Source: Antechinus flavipes
Taxonomy: Eukaryota
Length of the DNA stretch: 64,000 nt
Direction: 5' to 3'
Assembly: GCF_016432865.1 (NCBI RefSeq)
Contig: NC_067401.1
Location: forward strand, 137,144,001 to 137,208,000
Numbering within the stretch: position 1 is the first letter of the stretch; each line of letters opens with the position of its first letter. The notes beneath the pieces were generated by a model, which saw only the letters and a program-made list of their open reading frames with translations, was not told where the DNA came from and did not search any database. The translations under genes and the position numbers were made by a program. Positions 12,389 to 23,285 of the stretch are shown here, piece by piece.

Positions 12389-12392
<4 letters not shown>

Positions 12393-12860
12393 GGGGCAAG
12401 TGGACCTTCAGAGCCCCAATGCTATTTGGTCCCCCAATCTCTGTTTCGATACTTTCTATGAGAAAGAAAATGAAAATTAATACAAGAGAGGAGCTTCACA
12501 AAAGAGGCCATTCGTCTTCTTGATTATCTATTTGCTTGTCAGAGTTTGAGCTATGGCACCGACCGGCTCCTTTGTAATATAAAAATCCTCCAAAAACCTG
12601 CAAACACCGAGAAACATCTGTGCAAAAAATTAGACTCATTAAGGCGTTAAACACCTCGGAGGAGAATAGTACCAGAGAAGTACTTTCCCAAGTCGCAAGA
12701 AAGAAGGCCTGCTTCTGGGGAATTATCTCACTACCTTAGAAACTAAACTTTAGTCTCTAAAGTGAAGATTATTGGGAATCCACAGAACAGCATTCTCTGT
12801 GCTTAGAACAAATAAATCACAGTATCCAAGTCTTAGCAGGATTTAGGTTTCTTGCGCTGT

Positions 12861-12940
12861 ACCATTAATCCTTTTTCAAACCAATTAAGGAGATGATTTG
12901 ACCCTCCTGACCAATTTATGGGCAAAGAAATAAAACTCAA
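12861..12940. promoter_or_regulatory. Homeodomain-site cluster 3' of HOXB4 (enhancer-like)
   Basis: CCATTAATC (12862-12870), CCAATTAAG (12881-12889) and CCAATTTATGG (12911-12921) lie within 60 bp. Confidence 0.45.
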
Positions 12941-13186
12941 ACAAAACAGGAGTGCACACCCACCGATCACCACCACCAAACAACCACCAAAACTGGCTAC
13001 TATTATTTGGGTTCAACTGAACTAGAAAGATTGTTTTTAACAGGCATCTTGAAAAATCTTTGACCTATTCTAGTAATACATATACCATACTATTTCTAGC
13101 ATGTCACATCAACATCACCTATATCCTTAGATTTACATCAAAGCTTTAACAAAAACACAGTCGAACTAGTCACAAGGGAACCAAAA

Positions 13187-13192
13187 TTTATT
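13187..13192 (-). terminator. Probable HOXB4 poly(A) signal AATAAA
   Basis: TTTATT on plus, about 1.37 kb past the stop codon, ending a complex unique 3'UTR block. Confidence 0.5.
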
Positions 13193-14560
13193 TCTATTTT
13201 CACTATGAACATGTCATGGGATATTTCACACTGACTGCCAGAGAGGTATCTTTCTGCTCCTGAGAGGAGCAAATTGTCTTTGCAACAGGAATTATTTGGA
13301 ATGTCAGGAAGAGAACACGGAGAGGACGCACACAAAATAAAATAAAATGTTCATAGTCTTAATCATCATCATAATTAAAAAAAAAAAAAAAGCAAGTCGA
13401 GGAAAACAACAACAAACGGTCCGAAGGCCCAGAGCACCTCCTTCCAAACAGACCGGGGCACACAGTTCTGGTTGCTGGGTCACATTCTCGGTCGGAAAAC
13501 GGACTGACTGTTCGTAAGTTGAGGCCCCTGCCTCAGGAAGAGCCTCTCAGAAAGAGAGAAATCAGAGTTCCAGGGTCCTTGTGTCTTAGGGCAACGTTGC
13601 TATGCTAAACAGGTTCCTAGCATTCACAAGCAAGGTAATTAACCTGCCAGTGTCTTCATTAGCAGGGGATGCAAACGTACTTTACATTCTCTTAGTCTCC
13701 TTTTTCCCCCCTCAGCCTCAATTTTCTTTCTTGGTACAATGGTGCCAGGCACCCCTACCCTCATCTACTTTCTCTTTCCTCCCTCCCTTCAGCACTCTCA
13801 GAACACATCCCTATGCAATACGTAGGAAGGAGAGTTACCAGACATCATACTGAGCAATAGTGGCTGGGGGGGGGGGGGGGGGGGGGGAGGAAGGGAGGTG
13901 GAGAGAGGGAGACACACTTCTAAATGAGTCAGATTTTTTTTTTCTTTAACCATCGCAAAACAAAACAAAACAAAAAAACTGCTCTATCTGGTTGTCTGAA
14001 TATGCTCAGGTTGGATGCCTGGGTTGGGATAGGGAGGGGTGGGGAAGGGGGGGGACCGAAAATCCAGTCAGTCTTCAAGAAAGAGAGCCTCATTTGTTAG
14101 CGGGAGCGCTGGTTGTCGAGGTAATGGCAGGCAGAGAGTCCGTCCTCTCTCCGGCAGACTGAGCATGACAAATGGGCCTGAGGTTGGCGTGATTAAAGAT
14201 GAAACATGGATCCATCTTCGCCAAATCTGAAAACTAGTATCTGTAGCCTTCGTCTCCACCTCTCTTTTTTTTTTCTCAAAAAAAAAAGAAAGAAAAGAAA
14301 AAGAAAAAATGGAAGAAAACAAGAGCCACGAACTCTGTGCTTCTGGGGGCCACTTCTGCCCCCTCTTCTGTTTCTTGCTATAAATAAAATTCCCCTCCCC
14401 TCCTTTTCTTTATTATTATTATTATTATTTTCTGCAGAGACAAAATTTCCTGGTCTTAAGCACCATTGCCCTCCCCCTTTTTCTCCTCCCCCCTCACCCT
14501 CCCACTGATCTCCACTCCCACCCCAATAAATCCAAAGTCTCCCCTCCCTGAGCGGGAGCG

Positions 14561-14856
14561 TTATAGTGAGGTGGGGGTTGCATTGGCTCGACTCTGGGCC
14601 CCTCCGGAGGACCCCGACGTGCTTGATCGGATCTTCGTGTTGGGTAATTTGTGGTCTTTTTTCCATTTCATCCGGCGGTTCTGGAACCAGATCTTTATCT
14701 GGCGCTCAGAGAGACACAGGGAGTGAGCGATTTCCACCCTCCGCCTCCGGGTCAGGTAGCGGTTATAGTGAAACTCCTTCTCCAGCTCCAAGACTTGCTG
14801 GCGGGTGTAAGCTGTCCGGGAGCGCTTTGGCTCCCCTCCGTTGTAATTGGGATTTA
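14561..14856 (-). CDS. HOXB4: HOXB4 exon 2 (homeodomain)
   Basis: Acceptor CAG| at 14857-14859; [78 protein letters not shown]...; TAA at 14561-14563. The paralogue-4 homeodomain has the B4-type C-terminus. Confidence 0.98.
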
Positions 14857-15496
14857 CTGGACAGACAAGAAAAAGGAAGAAAAAGAAAGTTTTATTATCC
14901 TTGAGGGGAGGGGTAAAGTCCCTTCTGAACACACAAACACACACTATCTCCCATCCTTCCCACCCCACCCAACCATGGAGTAATGGGAGGAGGGAAACAT
15001 CCGTAAAAGAGAAGTAAGAGTGTTCCCATAGGAAGAAGGGGAGGCGGAACCTCGAAGTTTTGTGGGGAAGAGTGAGGAAGTATCTTCACTTGGCTCCAAT
15101 CCGTACCCTTCTCTTCTAGTCTAGATGCCCCTGGTTGAAGGAGTGTGGCCAAGGCGGGGACGGGGGAGGGGGTGTCTAGAAGTTTCTCTAAATTTCCCCC
15201 CCTCCTCTTTCCCAGCTCCCAGATTCCAGGCGGCGCCTGACTGGGGAGAAACTTTTGCCTAGTTCCCGGGACCAAGGAGACGGGAAGCGAGGAGAGGAAG
15301 GGGAAAAATAAATACACCGAGTTGACTCAACCCACTACTTAAATACAAATTACTAGGTCCCCCCCTTCCTCCCACCCATAGCCCCCACCCCCAACATCAA
15401 ACTTCACTTAAAGCTGCTCCTCGCGGGAGAAAAAGTCGCTGGTGAGAATCGCGTAGAGGATGAGGAACTGACTTCAAAGGCTCGGGGCCAAGCAGG

Positions 15497-15590
15497 CCAT
15501 AAAAATTTATGGGGGATGTAATTATATGGCTCTGAAAATAGGCGACAGTAAATCTCCCGGAATGGCGATTTTACAACGGGGGCAATTGGC
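15497..15590. promoter_or_regulatory. Hox4 intron conserved enhancer (HB-1 homeodomain cluster with YY1/CCAAT motifs)
   Basis: Inverted repeat CCATAAA-aa-TTTATGG (15497-15512), GTAATTAT, GTAAAT, AATGGCG (YY1-like, 15561-15567) and CAATTGG; typical HB-1 arrangement. Confidence 0.8.
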
Positions 15591-15706
15591 TTTCCCCCTT
15601 CTTCTCCCCCTCTTTATGACTTGGAGGTTCCCCTCAGTATAAAGCTAAAGAAGTGTTGGTGGGGGGGAAAGGGGTGTGGAAAGGAAAGTGCATTTTAGTC
15701 ACTTAC

Positions 15707-16133
15707 CGGTGCTCACGTGAACTTTCCGCATCCAGGGATAGACTACGGGCTCTTTGCAAGAGGAATGGGATGGGCTGGGGTGAAGAGGGTTTTGACCACA
15801 GGGCGGTGGCGGGGGGCTGGGGCTGACCGCCTCGCAGCGCTGGCCCGGTTCAGGGAGAAGGGCCCCTGCCTGCGGCTGGACTGGAGCCCTCGGGGAAAGC
15901 ACCGTCGGCGGCGGGTGGCCGGGCTCTTGACAGGACGCATAGGTCTGCACGGTGCAAGCCGCCCGCCGCCCGTACCCCGCCTCGTGCTGGAAGCTGCTCT
16001 CTCGCCTCTGGCCGCTGCCGTAGTACCCAGACGAGTGGTTGCTGGGTAGGTAATCGCTCTGTGAATATTCCTCGCAGGGAGGGAACTTGGGNNNNNNNNN
16101 NNNNNNNNNNNNNNNNNNNNNNNNNNNNNNNNN
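15707..16133 (-). CDS. HOXB4: HOXB4 exon 1; ATG inferred in gap 16092-16223
   Basis: Visible PKFPPCEEYSQSDYLP...KEPVVYPWMRKVHVST with the YPWM hexapeptide; phase-1 donor G|GTAAGT at 15707/15706. The first 14 codons are inferred from the orthologue length. Confidence 0.95.
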
Positions 16134-16239
16134 NNNNNNNNNNNNNNNNNNNNNNNNNNNNNNNNNNNNNNNNNNNNNNNNNNNNNNNNNNNNNNNNNNN
16201 NNNNNNNNNNNNNNNNNNNNNNNCAAGTGAACTAAGTTA

Positions 16240-16330
16240 GGGGGCCACGTGATCCCCCGAGCCAATAGCCGCTCCGGCGGCGATTCCCGGATAAGGAAAT
16301 CTGTTCACCCGGACCCTACTCCAGCCAAAG
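16240..16330 (-). promoter_or_regulatory. HOXB4 proximal promoter (E-box and CCAAT box)
   Basis: CACGTG at 16246-16251 and CCAAT at 16262-16266, with a second CCAAT near 16412; CpG-rich. Confidence 0.7.
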
Positions 16331-17732
16331 AGCTGCAGCACTGAGAGGGTTTTTTCTCCCCCCTTCTGCTCTCCCCCCACCCTCACCCCCATCATCAGTA
16401 TTTACATAGGGCCAATGCCTGTGCGATCTACCCCCCTTCTTTCTTTCCGTATTCAGGGTCTCTGGAGGACTGGGAGCAAACAGGAAGAATTTGGGGGTGA
16501 CGAAGGGAGCACCCCCATTGAAGCTTCCACTCCAAGATGGGGGGTTCTATATTTGCCCTCATCATCTTCGCCTACTGTCTTTCACCTTAAGGAACAGAAA
16601 GGCTTTTTTGAAATCCAAGAGTAGAAAGGGGAGCCCTAGATTCTTTCTGGAGAGGGCAGTTCAGTCAGGAGATGGGAAAGGGAATTGGGAAGGTATCTCT
16701 GCGGCTGAGTTCTCTTCTTTCTCTAGTGGGTGTGGGAAAGGGGTGGGGGTGATGGTGGGAAAGACAAGGCGTCGGAGCAGCCCGGGTGTGCTGAAGGGGC
16801 TGGCAGAGATGAATTGAACTGGTTGCGGATCGATAGAAAATTCATCCACTAATTCGGGGATACCTTGACTTCCAAATCGCATTTAGCTGCTCTATTAAGC
16901 TGATCTTGTCAGTCTGTCCCTCAATACCCACTCCTCCTACTCCTCACTCCCCCACCTTACTCCAGCGTCAAGAAGCGCCCATCTTTTGAGAGAAAGAAAA
17001 AAAAAAGAGGGAGTCTGGATATGAAAATCAGGATCTTTGAGCATTAAACGAGCAATAATTTGTTAATATCAGATACATCTGAGAGGTACTAACAGTCAGA
17101 GAAGCACTATTGCTAGTGTGGACAGGAATGCTAATATTGTGTCTAATGTGATCTGTTGAAGCCCCAAGGGTGACCACCACCCCCCCCCAGTCTTTTGTAA
17201 TTGCTTATATCAATTGTGTTTAAATAGCAGCATCTTATTCTGAACTGAAAGTTGAAGAGACACTTACTCCCTCACTCTACGCTCTCTTTAGAAAGAAATA
17301 CATATTTGAGGAGACCGGCTTCCATCTCTTTCCTTTTCCAACTCAACAGCCTCGGTCATTTGGTATTTTTTATCCCTGATTCCGCCCCCTCCCACATATA
17401 TAATATATACCTGTGTAAGACAGAGAAAGAGAGACAGAGAGACAGAGACGGGGGAGGGAGGGAAGGAGGAAGAGCTGTTTTTGTTTTTTGTAACTCTGGT
17501 CTCTTGAGAAAGCGCTAAAAAGAGGTAAAATGAGAGAAGGAGCCAGGCTATTGTGGGTCCCCTAGGGCTAGGAGCTGAGATCTCAGGTAGATAAAATTCT
17601 CCTCCAATAAGGAGATATCGAGAAAAACAGATATGTAGACACTCAGGAATTAAAGAAAAGAGCGCCCTTCTGGTTACATCACTGGATCCTCTTTATTCTA
17701 TCCTCTATTTTCTCTTCTGGGAAAAACAAAAT

Positions 17733-17841
17733 GAACGGAGTGTTTATGTCAACTACATATTCCCCTAGATACGAATTTGTGACCACAAAATTCCTTACAC
17801 AAATTCGGATCTACAGGGTATATACAGAAGACAGAGAGATC
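17733..17841 (-). ncRNA. MIR10A: pre-miR-10a hairpin
   Basis: Mature 5p TACCCTGTAGATCCGAATTTGTG at 17820-17798, 3p arm CAAATTCGTATCTAGGGGAATA at 17779-17758, loop TAAGGAATTTTGTGGTCA. Position 5' of HOXB4 is the expected one. Confidence 0.99.
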
Positions 17842-18280
17842 TTCTTGGCATACAAATCCTTCAGTTCGTTTACTCTGAGCACAGTCTTCGTGGATTGGGG
17901 AGGGGCGGGGGGGAATAATGATTGGTTTGGTTTGGTTTGATTTGGTTTTTTGCCTGTTTGTTTGAGAGGTGAGGATAGAGCAGGGCGCTGTGAGGACCCG
18001 GCAGGGCAGTTAGCTTAGCCTATATTTTGAGGTGTCACTGCTCTTCCAACCCCTGGAAATAGATGCGGCTGATTTCGAAAATGCTTGCGAGCTAAGACCG
18101 TAAGCTGTTCAACTCCCAGGCACATGAATTATGAGACGTAAACATTGGCTAAGTACAAAAGAAGGAAGGGTCACCCAAAGGCTGAGGAGCAAAAGTCAAA
18201 ATTTATACCCTCTGGCTTCCCTCCCTCTAGTTCTCCTCCCTCAAAGAATTTTTCATTTCAAAAAAGGAAAACAGAAGACC

Positions 18281-18312
<32 letters not shown>

Positions 18313-20997
18313 AAACCCAACAACAACAACAACAACAAAAACCCACCCAAAACACACAGAACAACTACGGCTCCCTTCTCCCGCTTTATCCTTTAGCTCT
18401 CAAACAAACGAATATCTCGATAGTTATTTTCTCTGGAGCTTCTCAGAGGAACGAAAGGGCGACGGAGTGGAAGGGAGAGGGTGTCATAAAAGTCCTTTTT
18501 AAAAAGTCTATTGTAAAAAGAGAGAAACAGCTGTAAAGAAAAAGGCAAGGAGGTGAAGCAGATGGGGCCGCGGGTATTTAATGATGGGCAATTCCGTTTA
18601 CAACCTGAGAAAAAGATCAAAGGCGTTCCATTTCCGAACGAGGGGTGATGTAAAACAATAAAATATTCACCCAATTGATGCAGCACCCCGCTCTTCTCTA
18701 TTTGGAAAAGAAGTGACTGAAGAGAGAATATTCTATGAGAAAAAGAGATGTTTCTCTGATTCCTCAGTTTCAGGCCCGCACCCCATCCCGTCACTGATGT
18801 CTAAACTGCCATACATTCAAGCCACCTGGCTGCTTGGCAGAAAAGAGATCCAGAAAAGAGGAAAAAACAGGGAAGAGTAAAGCAGGCATTGGAATGATCT
18901 GTAAATTGTCTTCAACTTTTCTCCATACTCTGCTAAGAGGATGGGCTCCAAAGCGAAGAGAGACAAGGGGCTGAGTCTAATTAGAGATGAGGTTCTAAAC
19001 CTGGAGTCCACAAATCCCTAAATAATGAATGGTTAGATTTCAGGGGCTCTGGAACTTGGATGGGAAAAAAATACATCTTTATTTTCATTGACGTCTAACT
19101 AGAATTTATTATTTCCTTTAACTATTTAAAAACATTATTCTGAAAGTTGGTCCATTGGTTTCAGCAGAGTGACAAAGGGCCCATAACAGAAAAAAATTAA
19201 GAATCCATTCATTACAAGGTATTTAATACTACTTTTCCCACCCCTACTTCCCAGATGATTTTCAAATTTCCCTGTAGTTTTTTCCTAGGTAAGGGGAATT
19301 TGTAGGGTGACTGGAAGCCCTCTCTATTGCCTAAAATGATATGAGTAATACTACATTCTCTACACAGTCCCTGAGTCTGGGGAAATGCTGTGTTCTTCAA
19401 ATGAGGACAGCAACAACAATAACAACAATAATAACCCTTCTCAATAAATAGTCAGGGAACTCTGTGTTTTCAGAAGGCCAAAAGCTCTGATTTGGCATAC
19501 TGAGAGATTCATATAAGAAAAAATTGAAATTTGATCATCCCCCTCTCCCATATTAGACACTTAATTTCATATCCAAGAGTTTGCAGTTCTCTTGTCCTTT
19601 TCTTCCCCATGTGACATCATCATAGGAACATTATGTAAATCCTGCTTTTCCTTAGATTAATGTAACACCAATGGCTACGAAGGTAGTGATTGTGATTGCT
19701 ATTTTTCAAACTAGTATTATTTAGGTAACAATTTGCTCCGGAAGAAGCCGAGATATTTGAGTTTTCCCTGGGCAGTAGACAAAAGGGTAATGATAGGAAC
19801 ATCTCCAGCACCCCTAGCGTCTAGCTTGGTCCTTTCAAAGTCTTACGAGAAGCTGTGCTCTGTCTTTTACTGGGCTCCAAAGCCCCCACCAATCCTGGTC
19901 CTCAATCCTCACCTTCTCTGATCCATTCCTCACACCCCGCATCTCCTTTCCTTTTCAACTAGGCCCTTTGCTCATAAACCCGTCGGCATTTCGGAAGTTT
20001 AAGAAGACGGATTTGCAGCTGGGGTATCTCCAACGTTCTACATTTCAAAAGGGGAACCGGCTAGAGAAGCCGGGGAGTTTGCATCCCCTCCGGTTTCACT
20101 CCAGGGAGCATAGGGACTGAGACCCAACCTCCGCTTTTTAGTTGTGACAACTGCACAGTAAGAATAAAACCGAGTGGGATAAAGGGAACTTAGGGCCTGA
20201 CCATAAAACCCATAAAGTCTGCTGTACTCCTTTCTAGCACTAGACACCTGCCAGGATGATTCCCAGACTTCCCCTCACCCCTGCCCTAACCATGCCCCCC
20301 TCCCCCCCCCCACGCACAATCCCAACACGGGTGCAATGAAGGAATGAAAGATTCCTTAGTAACTTTTAGAACCTATTTTGTCTGACACAGACTCACTTCA
20401 GAAAATAAGCATAATCTTATTAAAGGGCCAGTGCCCATCTCTCTCCGCCTCGGAGGGAACGCGTACCCTCGCGCTTCTTCGCTAGCACATCTTTCGGAAA
20501 GCCACAGGTTGAGAGCGTGACCTCTTTCCTGCTTCTCCGCCTCCTCCCGTAAAAGTACGTTCTGTCAACTAGAGAATGGGGCCAAGCGGTGCGCGTCATT
20601 CTATTTCCCTGGAACCGCTACAGCACCCCTCCACAGACCAACTCTTGGGGGTGGGGGAGAAAGAGGCAGGAAAAGGGGATCAGAGGGAAGGGACAGAATA
20701 AAGGCTGGAGGCGAAGAGTCAAAAATACTCACAGCTGTCGGGTTAGTCCTCCCTTTGGTTTTCTGGATAAGATAAGCTCTCCTTTTCCACTATTGTAGGA
20801 GAGATAGACGGAGCCGCGACTGCGAGGAGAACCAGTCAGTCCCAGGCCCCCTCCAAGACTAGAATAGGACTTTTTTTGGGGTGTGTTTTGTTTTTGAAGC
20901 CGCAAGTTTTCGTATTAATCTCATACTTTGGCAGTCTTTGTTAAACAGCTAGGCGTGTCACGAGTCTCCTGAACATTTTAATATCTGTTAGACGCCG

Positions 20998-21014
20998 TGA
21001 CCTACGTTTCACCC
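20998..21014 (-). promoter_or_regulatory. DR5 RARE upstream of HOXB4 (B4U-type)
   Basis: Minus strand GGGTGA-aacgt-AGGTCA, the paralogue-4 5' RARE pattern, in a CpG-retaining block. Confidence 0.8.
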
Positions 21015-23237
21015 CTCTCCCGGTCTCTCCCACTAGCAGGCCGTTTCTATAATACGCTCACATAGTTCGCTCGGTCATATTGAATTTTACTCAGGTCATT
21101 ACTTGGGAGAAAAATGACATGGCAGGAATTTTATTCAGCTCTTCCTCGCTGCCTTGAATTTTCTCCAGAGTCGGTCACTTCCAATCCTCTGTCTTGCACT
21201 CCCCCCCAATTCCTTCTTTAACACCCACATTTGGATACAAACCCGCCCTACCCTATAGGCTACCGCAGCAGCCGCTGGGACTTTCGAGTAATCAAATCTA
21301 TTTTTTGGCCCTGGGACTTGTTTCCAAAGAGGGCACTAGAGATTGGGAGCCTGGGCATTTTCTCTCAGGGCTGGTTCGCCCAGAGTCGGGATGAAGAATA
21401 GGGAAGGGTAAAGGGAAGTCAAAAATACGAGGGTGTTTGGACCCGAAGGAATCCAACGAAGAACTATTGACTAACTAATGCACCTCTCTTTGCTCCCTCC
21501 TCCCCCACTTCTGCCCTTTCATCTCCAGGACATCCTTCCTTCCCGGAGTACCACACGCAGACCTAACTTCTCACTAGTTTTTAAGGCCACAGGTTCTATC
21601 TTAGGCGCTAGGGAAACGTATTCCCTATTTCCCCGGTCTTCCGGCAAGTCGGATTCCTGGGGCATTTGCAGAAATTACAAAGTATTAGGCCAAATGGGGT
21701 GGGAAAATTCAGGAGCATTGGAGAGTCGTTTTTTTAGTTACATTAATTACAGAAAATGCATTGGGTCTTAAAGAAATTGGATTTTTTCTTTTCCTTTTTA
21801 TAAATCCGTTCTCATTCTTTATACCAGGGAGCAGATGGTGGAAACATTTCAATTGTAAGGAGATAATTCCTTTTCTTTCTTGTAATATTGTTGAGATAGA
21901 TTTTAGACAGAGAATCTCATTCCCTCTCCCTCTTCTCTGATTCTGACGGAATCAGATTCAGGACGGCTATGGGAAGTGAGAGCTACCTGTTCCTCACAGA
22001 TCGAACACGAGTTTCGGCATGCAGAATTTTCAGTAGCAGTACTCGGGGCCCAGATAAATAACAAATTTGTGTCACATTCTTCTTGACTGACCGGGAGTAG
22101 ATCGGTCGTTTCAGAAATACTGTAACACTCAAATTCATTTCTACTTATCTATCGTTGGCCTTCTCTTCTTATTTCCAACTCTGAAATTCACAGAAACCAT
22201 TAGGTTCAGCACAGAAATGGAGAAAGGAAAAAAGATACTGAGCCTGCCACCTCTTAAGAGGTTGCTTTCTCTTTTCCCGTTTCCCGAATTCCAAAAAAGC
22301 TAACCCCGTTCCTTCTGAGACATCCGAGAGAATGAGAAAAAGAAGTGGAGAAGGAATGGAGGCCTGTAGTTTAATCAAAAGACAGTCAAGTTGCATTTTA
22401 ACATCATCCTTATCCCTTTCTCTCTACTCCTAGCCTTATCTCCAACTTAGAGTGTATTATAAAGCCGAAAAAATAGGATTAGCGTTATCTATGTACACAC
22501 TCCAGGCTTTCATATATTAAATACTCATATAATAATGTGATGACATAGTATAATGTAATAGACATTCATTTCTATGACTACAAGAAGCACATGCGTCGAT
22601 GTTATAATTACAATCCTTCTCTAAGTATATATATCATCGTTTGACCTATAAATTAAATTCTATAGGGTGTGTCGAAGATGAATTTCTGTTAGCTTGTTAC
22701 AAGAGCAAGAGATAAATGTCTGGAGGATAATCTTCCTTCTTGCTTAGCCTCTTTGCAAATGTAGAATTAGGTTGAGAATTTGACTGAAAGCAGAAATTGG
22801 GGGGAAGTAAAGAAATTAGCGGAGCTTCAAAGTTTCAGGAGATCAAAGAAGGAAACCGAAAATACAAGGGAGGGGTTTTGATGCCTATCGGGTTGAGGAC
22901 ATAATACCCATCTCCTCTTTTCCCCAACTTCAGCCTCCACTTTAACTGTACTTCCCTAGGATTCCCTTTCAGGGAGATTGTAGTGTCTGGGAAATTAACA
23001 GGAGGGAGTTGTTAAGCTAGTCCTCCACCAGGGCCAAAACAATGTTAATAATGATGATGACCGTTGTCATCATCATCACCATCAACATATTTTGGGTCTT
23101 CACCTTTGAAGACTTCATTTGGCTCTTTTTACTGTCCTACAGGGACTTCTCTAATTGGATTTAATAAATGTGTGTAACTGAGGAAGTTTTAATTAGATTC
23201 TCTTACAGTATACGAAAGATTATCAAGAGGAAGGGAA

Positions 23238-23285
23238 TAGGAATTGATATTTGATGCTCAAGGTCCTTTCTAAACTAAAAATTCA
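23238..23285 (+). mobile_element. Possible MIR/MIR3 SINE 3'-tail remnant
   Basis: tgatgctcaaggtcctttctaaactaaaaattc resembles the MIR3 tail GATCTCTAAGGTCCCTTCCAGCTCTAA; short and diverged. Confidence 0.35.

Noticed and set aside
12861-12940. Identification of this block as CR3
   Set aside because: Flanking sequence places the CR3 core in gap 11553-11692 instead, so this block was kept as an unnamed cluster.
14566-14983. Plus-strand ORFs antisense to Hox exons (also 31808-32113, 32864-33268, 36407-36760, 37906-38397, 52173-52817, 55117-55652)
   Set aside because: They are shadows of the minus-strand Hox codon pattern, mostly begin at non-ATG codons and have no independent features.
19370-19445. 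Possible MIR core remnant
   Set aside because: Similarity is limited to AAATGAGG plus an (AAC/AAT)n run, too weak to call.
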